Source: Candidatus Xenobia bacterium
GTDB taxonomy: Bacteria > Vulcanimicrobiota > Xenobia > Xenobiales > QWHO01
Assembly (NCBI GenBank): GCA_045863235.1
Contig: BTUM01000085.1
Span: forward strand, 1-33,828
Length of the DNA: 33,828 nucleotides
Direction of reading: 5' to 3'
Under the pieces are notes generated by a model. The model saw only the letters and a list, made by a program, of their open reading frames with translations, was not told where the DNA came from and ran no database searches. Below are positions 17,225 to 24,751 of the stretch, piece by piece. Position numbers and translations under genes: made by a program. Position 1 is the stretch's first letter, and every line of letters begins with the position of its first letter.

Positions 17225-17935
17225 TCAGTAGTTGCGGTGGGCGGTGGCCGGCCAGCTCGGCTCGGAGCGCTTGCCGTTGGTGCCCACGGCGATGACCCGA
17301 AAGCGATACGGTCCGGGCAGGGGATGGTTGAGCAAGAAGACTTTGTTGTCCGACTGCTCGCCCAGGACATCCTGGGCCGGAACCCACTTGCCCTCGAGCT
17401 CTTCCTCGATCTGGTAGCTGGCCGCTCCGGCTACCTTGCGCCAGGACAGCTGAACGCGATCGTTCTCGGAGAACACCGCGATCAGCCCGGTCGGCTCCTC
17501 GGGGGCCGGGGCCGTGGGGTCGGAAACGGGTTTCTTGGGTGGAGTCGGACCGGTGGGGCCGTTGGGGGTGGGATTGGCCAGGCTGGCCCGGGAAGCGGTC
17601 CGGGCCCCGATCGGGGTGGAGTTTGGGGAGACCGCTCCCTGGCTGCCCACGGCTCGCACCACGAACTCGTAGGGAGTGTCGGCGCTCAGCCCGGTGATGG
17701 TGGTGGAGGAGGTCAGGGGGGTGCGGTTGGGATCCTCGGCGTCAAACCACCACTCGCTGCCCCTGTACTGCAGCACTTCATAGCCAATCGCGCCGGGAAC
17801 AGGGTCCCAGCGGAGCTCGAGGCGCGTGGTCCCGTCCGCCCCGGGCGGGGCCTTGGCCTGCAGGTTGGTGGGAGCCGGAAGCCCCTGGCACCAGGCCGGA
17901 AGGCAGAGCAGCAAGCAGAGCAGGACCGCGCGCAA
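17225..17935 (-). CDS. Secreted protein with two fibronectin type III domains
   Basis: Signal peptide; PAPTNL..L.W..VPGA.GY.V...ITGL....YEF.VRAV, then a second PTGL..LSW..V.GA.SY...Y.FRV.AV; Pro/Thr linker. Confidence 0.85.
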   Translation of the reverse strand: MRAVLLCLLLCLPAWCQGLPAPTNLQAKAPPGADGTTRLELRWDPVPGAIGYEVLQYRGSEWWFDAEDPNRTPLTSSTTITGLSADTPYEFVVRAVGSQGAVSPNSTPIGARTASRASLANPTPNGPTGPTPPKKPVSDPTAPAPEEPTGLIAVFSENDRVQLSWRKVAGAASYQIEEELEGKWVPAQDVLGEQSDNKVFLLNHPLPGPYRFRVIAVGTNGKRSEPSWPATAHRNY

Positions 17936-17937
17936 GG

Positions 17938-18312
17938 TCAGGCGCCTGCCTCGAGCGTCTTCAGGGTTTCCTCCTTGAGGGCAGCGAAATCTGCGTCCTT
18001 GATCTCCAGCGTCTGAGCCATCTTGTTCAGAAAGCGTAGCTCGGAGACGTTGACCCGTCCGTCGGCCAGCGACATGGCCAGGACGACTTTCAGGATGTCG
18101 CAGCGAGCGTCGTAATCGGGAACTTGCTCGCGCAGATCGTCAAGCTCGGGGGGTTTTTGGAGCATGGCCCCGACTTCCATGACCTCTTCGGGCGAGGCAC
18201 CGAGCTGGGCCAGAATCCCACCGAGCATCTCGCGCTCTTCCGCGGCCATCTCCCCGTCGGCCCAGATGGCCTTGACCAGGGTCTTCACCAGAGCCTTCTC
18301 ATTGTCGTCCAC
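17938..18312 (-). CDS. TerB-like / DUF533-family metal-binding helical protein
   Basis: Duplicated ADG...EE/E motifs (AIWADGEMAAEE; SLADGRVNVSE); GTG start after GGAGG. Confidence 0.8.
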   Translation of the reverse strand: MDDNEKALVKTLVKAIWADGEMAAEEREMLGGILAQLGASPEEVMEVGAMLQKPPELDDLREQVPDYDARCDILKVVLAMSLADGRVNVSELRFLNKMAQTLEIKDADFAALKEETLKTLEAGA

Positions 18313-18440
18313 GGCGCCCTCCCGCAAATAATTTGGACCGCTCCTGTCGTCGCTGAAAGTTGCAGCGGCCGCTTTCGTTAAACGCGGGAGGGCGCGACCC
18401 CTGCCAGGAACCCCCTGGCCGATGGGGAACGTCGGCCCGC

Positions 18441-19310
18441 ATGCCAGCCCCCCCTCTCGAGAAACTCTGGGCCCGCCTCGACGGCACCAACCGCCCGGCG
18501 CTGGAAACTCGCCTCTCGGTTCTCGACCACGGCGTGCTCTATGGCGATTCCGCCTACGAGACCCTGCGCACGTACGCTGGCAAAGTGTTTCGCCTGGGCG
18601 AGCATCTGGCTCGCCTGCGTCGCACCGCGGTTGGCATCCGTCTGGAGCTGCCCTGGACCGACTCCGAGCTGGCCGCTGAGATCGCCGCACTGCAGGCCGA
18701 CCTTCAGGGTGAGCTCTACATTCGGCTGCTGGTACTGCGCGGGGTGGGCGAGCTGGATTACGCCCGCAACCAGGCTCAGCGGCCCACGCTGGTGGTCCTG
18801 GCCGGACCCTTCGTGGAGCAGCCGGAGTGGCTCTACACCCGGGGACTGACGGCCGGTCTGGTGGAGATGCGCCGGTCTCCCCACCGGGCTCTCAGTCCGA
18901 ACTACAAGACGGGCAATCTGCTCAACGCTCGGCTGGCCCACATGGAGGCGCGTGAGCGAGGCTGGCAGGAGGCCTTGATGCTGAACCTGGAGGGCCACCT
19001 GACCGAGGCCTCCTCCAGCAACCTGTTCCTGGTGCTCGACGGGGTGTTGTCCACGCCAGCGGTCTCCGACGGCATTCTGGAAGGGGTGACCCGCAACGCG
19101 TTGCTGGAGCTGGCCGCGGCCGAGGGAATTCCCACCCGGGTGGCTTCGCTGGGTCCTGAGACGCTCGAGCAGGCCAGCGAGGCGTTTCTGACCAGCACCA
19201 CCCGGGCCGTGGGACCGATCGGCCAGCTGGGCGGGCGCCCTCTGCCCGTTCCGGGACCGCTCACGACCCGATTGATGGAGCTTTTTCGCGCTCACGCAGG
19301 AGGTTTATAG
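18441..19310 (+). CDS. PLP-dependent aminotransferase class IV (IlvE/Dat/PabC family)
   Basis: DHGVLYGDSAYETLR, HLARL, YKTGN (PLP lysine), EASSSNLF, ILEGVTR, EAFLTST. Confidence 0.9.
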   Translation: MPAPPLEKLWARLDGTNRPALETRLSVLDHGVLYGDSAYETLRTYAGKVFRLGEHLARLRRTAVGIRLELPWTDSELAAEIAALQADLQGELYIRLLVLRGVGELDYARNQAQRPTLVVLAGPFVEQPEWLYTRGLTAGLVEMRRSPHRALSPNYKTGNLLNARLAHMEARERGWQEALMLNLEGHLTEASSSNLFLVLDGVLSTPAVSDGILEGVTRNALLELAAAEGIPTRVASLGPETLEQASEAFLTSTTRAVGPIGQLGGRPLPVPGPLTTRLMELFRAHAGGL

Positions 19311-19311
19311 C

Positions 19312-19761
19312 ATGGTACCCTGTCTGGTCATCACCGTGAGCGACTCGCTCAGCTACGAGAACGACCCTGCCGGGCAGGCCATCCGCAGCCGGCTGGAGGC
19401 AGCCGGGCACGGGCTGCTCGGCTATCACCTGGTTCCCGACGACCCGATGCGGCTCAAGGCGCTGCTGATCGGGGCCCTGGGCGATCACGGAATCCAGGCC
19501 ATCGTGCTCAGCGGTGGCACGAGCACGGTGGACGTGGTGGAGGGCTTCCTGGAGCGTCGCCTGGAGGGCTTCGGGGAGCTGTTCCGCTTCCTGCTCTTCC
19601 AGGAGGTCGGCTCCTCGGCCGTGCTGGCGCGCACGCTGGCCGGCTTTCATCGCGGCCGGGTGCTGATCGCCCTGCCGGAGGCCGTCCGCGCGGTGGAGCT
19701 GGCTATGGACCGGCTGATCGCCCCCGAGCTGGTGGGGATGCTGGCGCAGGCCAGGCGCTAA
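19312..19761 (+). CDS. MoaB/Mog-family protein, degenerate
   Basis: VITVSD...D.AG, VPDD, GFGELFR..F.EVGSSA.L.R; the canonical GGTG..PRD.TPE loop is shortened to GGTSTVD. Confidence 0.75.
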   Translation: MVPCLVITVSDSLSYENDPAGQAIRSRLEAAGHGLLGYHLVPDDPMRLKALLIGALGDHGIQAIVLSGGTSTVDVVEGFLERRLEGFGELFRFLLFQEVGSSAVLARTLAGFHRGRVLIALPEAVRAVELAMDRLIAPELVGMLAQARR

Positions 19762-19762
19762 A

Positions 19763-19853
19763 CTTCGTCGCATTGACCGTGCCACGAAACGTGCGGTGAG
19801 AAACTTGTTTCGAACCGCTTCCAAAGTGTTGTGGCGCGGGCGATGCGACGAAG
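19763..19853. repeat. Long imperfect hairpin (structured intergenic element C)
   Basis: CTTCGTCGCAT/ATGCGACGAAG is a perfect 11-bp IR, continued by 12 bp with wobbles; inner stems GCGGT/ACCGC and GAAAC/GTTTC. Confidence 0.8.
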
Positions 19854-20027
19854 CTCAACCTGTTGAGAATTCATCGCACACTCAATGCGAGGGACTGTAA
19901 TTCTGAAGCAGTGGACCTGCACAGCAGGTGGAACTCCGGCAGGCCCCCGGACGGTCAACCGGCCATGAACAGCGTCCAGCCATCAGCCCGGGAGGGCGGC
20001 CAGCCCTTGCACCGAACCGGGGCCCCC

Positions 20028-21689
20028 ATGAAGAAGCTCCTCTCCCTGTTTGCCCTGCTCGTGCTCTTCGGTTGCTCAGGAAGCACGGATGACACGTTCT
20101 CGACCTCGCCAGCCGATGTCGTTCCCCTGACCCTGGAGCAGCGGATCCAGCAGGCCGCCGTCAATGACCCGGAGACGGCGCTCGAGGTGGTACCCAGCGA
20201 CCATCTCGACGCTCCGCCCGCCTCGGTGGCCCCCCGAGGGCTTCCTCTCCTGGTCCCGGTGGCGGACCTGCAGACCTCCTACGAGATCCTCTTCGGAAGC
20301 CTGAGCCAGAAGCTCGGCGTCACCCTGACCACCCCCGAGGTCGTGGCTGACATCAACTTCATCAAGAGCCAGAGCGCCACCGGAAACTTCGATCTCAATG
20401 CCAAGCCGATCCTGAACAACCCTCTGGGGGTCACAGCCATCTCTTTCGAGCCCGTGAATTACCAGACCACGGTGCCGCTGCCTTCGGGCAGTCAGACCTT
20501 CCAGGTCTCGGGCGGGCTCATCATGCCTCAGGGCATCACCAAAGACCAGGTGAAAGGCGTGGTGGTCTATTTCCACGGCACCACCACCGACAACGCCGCT
20601 GTCGGCTCGCAGTTCCTGGGCAATAACGAGACCCAGCTGACCGCCCAGGTCTTCGCCTCGCAGGGCTACATCGTGGTGATCCCCGACTACGTGGGCCAGG
20701 GCGTCGATTACCTGAGCGTCCATCCCTACGTGCTCTACCCCCGGGTGAGCGCCCAGACGGCGGTCGATATGCTCACGGCTGTGCAGCCTCTCATCGCCAG
20801 CCAGTATGGCTTTGCCGACGGCGATGGCCCGCTGAAGCTCTTCTCCACGGGTTACTCCGAGGGCGGGGCTTACTCACTCTGGTTCAGCGTCTATCTCTCC
20901 CAGGACCCGGGCCTGCTCAACGCCTTCTATGTGCTGACCCATTCGGTGGGTATCGAGGGCGCCTACAACACCTCGAGCGTCACCCGGGGATTCATTTTCG
21001 ACCAGGTGAACGCCAGCGGCTCGAATCCCTACAACGTGCAGAGCCAGACGCTGGTCAACCTCGCCAAGCCTATCCTGGCCGCCGACGCGTTCCTCTCTTA
21101 CGCCACCTATACCCTGAGCTCCGACTTCGCCAGCGTGTTCAGCACGGATTTCTTCGCCATGAAGGCCACGCCGCCCAACCCGCAGGATCTGGCCAACGTG
21201 AATGGCCAGCAGCTCACGATCGCCCAAGCCTTCCGGCTGCCCTCCACAGAGCTCGAGAAAGAGCTGGTGATCACGGCTCTGGACAAGTCGAGCAATGGAC
21301 AGACGTACACAGGGTTCCTGGAGGCCCCTTTCTCGACCAGCAACAGCGGCAAGGCGCTGATGAGCACAGTCTTCTTCACCCCGCCGCTCCAGCAGCAGCT
21401 GCAGCAGGTGCTCCTCTCGGCTGACGTCGACCTCTCCCCGGTCGCCGATCAGGGCGTGAGCATCATCTCGCTGGCTCAGGACTCGGTGGTCAGCCCGAAC
21501 AACTTCGACGCGCTCCAGGCCGCCTACCCGACCAAGCTCAGGAACGCCGTCAAGATCGACCAGAAACAGCTGCAGGTGCTCTCTCCGTTCAGCGAGGTGA
21601 TCAACCTGCCCTACTGGGTGCCGGCCGACCACCAGAATGTGCCGGTCTACGCGTTCCTGTACGCTCTGCACATTTTTAACGGGTTCTGA
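20028..21689 (+). CDS. Lipoprotein alpha/beta hydrolase (secretory lipase-like)
   Basis: Lipobox VLFGC; YFHGT, PDYVGQG, nucleophile elbow GYSEGG, Asp in QDSVV, His in ADH. Confidence 0.85.
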   Translation: MKKLLSLFALLVLFGCSGSTDDTFSTSPADVVPLTLEQRIQQAAVNDPETALEVVPSDHLDAPPASVAPRGLPLLVPVADLQTSYEILFGSLSQKLGVTLTTPEVVADINFIKSQSATGNFDLNAKPILNNPLGVTAISFEPVNYQTTVPLPSGSQTFQVSGGLIMPQGITKDQVKGVVVYFHGTTTDNAAVGSQFLGNNETQLTAQVFASQGYIVVIPDYVGQGVDYLSVHPYVLYPRVSAQTAVDMLTAVQPLIASQYGFADGDGPLKLFSTGYSEGGAYSLWFSVYLSQDPGLLNAFYVLTHSVGIEGAYNTSSVTRGFIFDQVNASGSNPYNVQSQTLVNLAKPILAADAFLSYATYTLSSDFASVFSTDFFAMKATPPNPQDLANVNGQQLTIAQAFRLPSTELEKELVITALDKSSNGQTYTGFLEAPFSTSNSGKALMSTVFFTPPLQQQLQQVLLSADVDLSPVADQGVSIISLAQDSVVSPNNFDALQAAYPTKLRNAVKIDQKQLQVLSPFSEVINLPYWVPADHQNVPVYAFLYALHIFNGF

Positions 21690-21767
21690 CTCGGCTCAGA
21701 TCCGCGCCCCGGGCGGCTTCCGGGTCGGATCACGGCGAAAGTGTGTTCTGGATTCAATCCGCACAGG

Positions 21768-22601
21768 TCAACGCTTCGCCAGCAGCTCGCCCGGCGCGGT
21801 GCGCACCCCCAGCACGAAGGTGCCGAACTCGGCGTAGACGGCGCTGACCTCGTCGAAGCGCATCTCGTAGATCAGCTTCTTGAAGGCCACCGCGTCGTCG
21901 GAGAAGAGGTCCACTCCCCAGTCGTAGTCGTCGAGCCCCACCGAGGAGCTGATGATCTGGGTCACCTTGCCCGCGTAGCGTCGTCCGATCTTCCCGTGCG
22001 AGACCATCATCTGAGCCCGCTCGCGGTTGCTCAGCATGAACCAGTTTTTCAGCTCGCCCCGGCGCTTGTTCATGGGATAAAAGCAGACGTACTGCTTGTC
22101 GGGTAGCTGGGGGTAAAGCCGTTCGCGCATGGCCGAGCGCTCTTGCGCGAGCAGCTCTTCGGCGGCCGCTTCGAACTCGGCCGTTCCGGGCTTCAGGCCA
22201 CCCTTCTCGAGCTTGGCGGCATGGCGCTCGGCGGCTCCGTGCAAGGACAGCTCCACCACCGAAAGATACGACCAGGTGGGCTCGAGGAAGTCCATCAGGT
22301 CGAGTGAGCCGGCCACGCGCTCGCACTCGAGCAGCTCTTCCGGGGTCTGGCGCAGGAAGACCAGCATCAGGTCGCCCTTGTGCCCCAGAATGCGGAAACA
22401 GCCGCCCGCCTCGTCGCGCTCGCCGGGAGCGAACAAGGACTTGAGCTTCTTGGCCGCTTGCGCGCGGATGGCTTTCTGCTCCTTGGCCGAGGCCCGGCCC
22501 CAGGCCCTCCAATCGACGGCGTAGAGCTGGTGGAGCATGAAGGCTCCCTCCAGCGTGGCGGGGGCGGTGCTCTCTTGCTGCGGTGCGGTGACGGTCATCA
22601 T
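21768..22601 (-). CDS. hemQ: Coproheme decarboxylase (chlorite-dismutase-like, HemQ/ChdC)
   Basis: GHKGDL, SVVELS, CFYPMNKRR, NWFML, SHG.IGR.YAGKV.QII..SVGLDD.DWGV.LF, FKKLIYEMRFDEVSA.Y.EFG, as in Firmicute-type ChdC. Confidence 0.88.
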   Translation of the reverse strand: MMTVTAPQQESTAPATLEGAFMLHQLYAVDWRAWGRASAKEQKAIRAQAAKKLKSLFAPGERDEAGGCFRILGHKGDLMLVFLRQTPEELLECERVAGSLDLMDFLEPTWSYLSVVELSLHGAAERHAAKLEKGGLKPGTAEFEAAAEELLAQERSAMRERLYPQLPDKQYVCFYPMNKRRGELKNWFMLSNRERAQMMVSHGKIGRRYAGKVTQIISSSVGLDDYDWGVDLFSDDAVAFKKLIYEMRFDEVSAVYAEFGTFVLGVRTAPGELLAKR

Positions 22602-22741
22602 GCGGTTGGCCTTCGCAGCCGCCCTCCGGCTCCCTTTCGGTTGCCTGTTGTAACATGTTGGACATCTTTCGTTTACTTCTCGGCAAAAAGCCGTCCCGGG
22701 CGGGTTGCTATACTGGGGGCGAAGACCTGTCGGGAGGTTCC

Positions 22742-23158
22742 ATGGAATCTGTTCCTTTCACCAACCTGTATGGTATCGTGGCCAACCAGGCGAGCCCGGC
22801 CAAGACCGCCGCTCCCATCCACACCGACGCCCGCGCCTTCGAGAGCGCGCTGGCTCAGGCCCGAGGGGACCAGGAAGCAAGCCCGATGAAACGCACGAAT
22901 TCCGCCAGTGACCTGATGTTCAGCAAGATGGGCGTGGGCGTGACCGTCCCCGTGCCCCATAAGGTCGATTCCCAGAGTCAGGTGGACACGGCCCGCACTG
23001 CTCTCTACGAGCAGGTGCTCCAGACCCGGGGCATCTCCCACCAGATGATCCAGCAACTGGCCGCCGGGGGCGGCAGCCAGGCGTTCATCAACCTGCGGGG
23101 CGTGTTGCCCGAGGGACAGCTCGAGGCCCGTCAGGCGGTTCTGCACCGCAGCCACTAA
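22742..23158 (+). CDS. Hypothetical protein
   Basis: GGAGG RBS, an extended -10 TGcTATACT at 22706-22714, and coding-like codon usage; no recognised domain. Confidence 0.7.
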   Translation: MESVPFTNLYGIVANQASPAKTAAPIHTDARAFESALAQARGDQEASPMKRTNSASDLMFSKMGVGVTVPVPHKVDSQSQVDTARTALYEQVLQTRGISHQMIQQLAAGGGSQAFINLRGVLPEGQLEARQAVLHRSH

Positions 23159-23313
23159 AGTGCAAGGCCTTTGGTCTTGCACTTTGCAACGCGCTGGAAC
23201 GTAGTTCCGGCGCGTTCGTTAGATTGTGTTAATGTGCAAAACCAAAGTGCGAGCACATTAACCTCCGCCGGTCGGAAGGTTTGCAGCCTGGCCCCGTGGT
23301 AACCACGGGGCCA
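23157..23313. repeat. Run of five hairpins (structured intergenic element B)
   Basis: Stems at 23157-23185 (13 bp), 23188-23216 (13 bp), 23228-23262 (perfect 10 bp), 23260-23281 (weak) and 23289-23313 (12-bp arms). Confidence 0.85.
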
Positions 23314-24671
23314 TGACATTTTCTCAGGCACTTCGATTGCGCCGCAGCCTCCTGGCCGAGCGGCTCCCCAACCGCCCCGTGCTGCTCTTCTCGGGCCGCG
23401 AGCGGGCCCGCAACTATCCCGGCAACCCCTACCCGTTCCGAGCCAGCAGCCACTTTCTCTACTTCGGCGGCTGGAATCGCCCCGGGCTGGCCTTGCTGCT
23501 CGAGGGGGGTCGGGCCGTCCTGTTTCACGACTTCCCCGAGTCTGAGGACATCGTCTGGCACGGCCCGGGTCTCTCCGAGCAAGATCTGAGGACGCGCTTC
23601 GGATTCGACGAGATTCGGCCGACCAGCCGCCTCTCGGAGGTGAAGGGAGCCACCTCGCTCCCCCTTGATGACCCATCCGAGCAACTCGAAGTGCTCGGAC
23701 GCGTGCCTGACCTGACGGAGGATCGGGCCCTGGCCGACGCGATCATCTTCCTGCGGCTCGACCATGACGCTTACGCCCAGCAGCAACTGCGCCAGGCCGG
23801 GCGAGCCACGGTGCAGGCCCACCGGGCCGGCATGGCGGCCACCCGCCGAGGGGCCACCGAATGGCAGGTGCGGGCGGCCATGGACTTCGAGCTGATCCAG
23901 CACGGAATGGCGCACAGCTACCAACCCATCGTCACCCGCGAGGGCCAGGTGCTGCACAATAACTCCCACGAGAACACCCTGATCGACGGCGACCTGGTGC
24001 TGGCCGACTTCGGGGCCGAGACTTGCGAGGGCTGGGCCGCCGACGTGACCCGCTGCTGGCCCGTGTCGGGCCGTTTCAGCCAGCGTCAGCGCGAGATCTA
24101 CCAGGTGGTGCTGAAAGCCCAGCAAGAGGCCATCAAGGCCGTCAAGCCGTGGGCCGAGTTCCGCCACATCCACCTGCTGGCGGCCCGCGTCCTGACCGAA
24201 GGGCTGATCGATCTGGGTCTGCTGGTGGGTAAGCCGGATGATCTCGTCGAGCGTGGCGCCCATGCCCTCTTCTTCGTGCACGGGCTGGGCCACTTGCTGG
24301 GCCTGGACGTGCACGACATGGAAGACCTGGGCGATCTGGCCGGCTACGCCGAGGGGCGCCAGCGAAGCCCCCAGTTTGGCCTGTGCTATTTGCGCCTGGA
24401 CCGTACCCTCAAACCGGGCATGGCGGTCACCATCGAGCCCGGGTTCTACTGGATCGACCGCCTGCTGGACGACCCCGAGGTGCTCAAGCCCTTCGCCGAC
24501 TGCGTCAAGCCCGACGTCATCCAGGCCTACCGCGAGGTCAAGGGCATTCGCATCGAGGACGACCTGATGGTGACCGAGCACGGGCACGAGAACCTCACGC
24601 CCGGCCTGCCCACCACCCCGGAGGAGGTGGAGCGGGCCGTGACCGGGACGGTGGTCGCCAGTCGGTCTTGA
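23313..24671 (+). CDS. pepP: Xaa-Pro aminopeptidase (M24B)
   Basis: YPFRASSHFLY N-terminal domain; metal ligands LADFGA, AADVTR, HGLGHLLGLDVHD, TIEPG, GIRIEDD. Confidence 0.92.
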   Translation: MTFSQALRLRRSLLAERLPNRPVLLFSGRERARNYPGNPYPFRASSHFLYFGGWNRPGLALLLEGGRAVLFHDFPESEDIVWHGPGLSEQDLRTRFGFDEIRPTSRLSEVKGATSLPLDDPSEQLEVLGRVPDLTEDRALADAIIFLRLDHDAYAQQQLRQAGRATVQAHRAGMAATRRGATEWQVRAAMDFELIQHGMAHSYQPIVTREGQVLHNNSHENTLIDGDLVLADFGAETCEGWAADVTRCWPVSGRFSQRQREIYQVVLKAQQEAIKAVKPWAEFRHIHLLAARVLTEGLIDLGLLVGKPDDLVERGAHALFFVHGLGHLLGLDVHDMEDLGDLAGYAEGRQRSPQFGLCYLRLDRTLKPGMAVTIEPGFYWIDRLLDDPEVLKPFADCVKPDVIQAYREVKGIRIEDDLMVTEHGHENLTPGLPTTPEEVERAVTGTVVASRS

Positions 24672-24689
24672 GCCGATAGTCTTATCGGC
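24672..24689. terminator. Possible terminator hairpin between convergent pepP and sco
   Basis: GCCGATA-GTCT-TATCGGC directly after the pepP stop; no U-tract. Confidence 0.35.
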
Positions 24690-24751
24690 GCGCTCTGAAT
24701 CACGCCTGATGGCAACGCGATCTCCTGCTCAAGGGCAAAGCACAGGATGAC

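Noticed and set aside
19757..19890. SRP RNA, 6S RNA or tRNA identity for the long hairpin
   Set aside because: It lacks the SRP helix-8 motif, is too short for 6S, and has no cloverleaf or T-loop context despite a TTCGAA.
21763..21774. 12-mer ACAGGTCAACGC matching element A (3602-3613) in reverse
   Set aside because: It overlaps the hemQ stop and last codons, and a single 12-mer match is plausible by chance.
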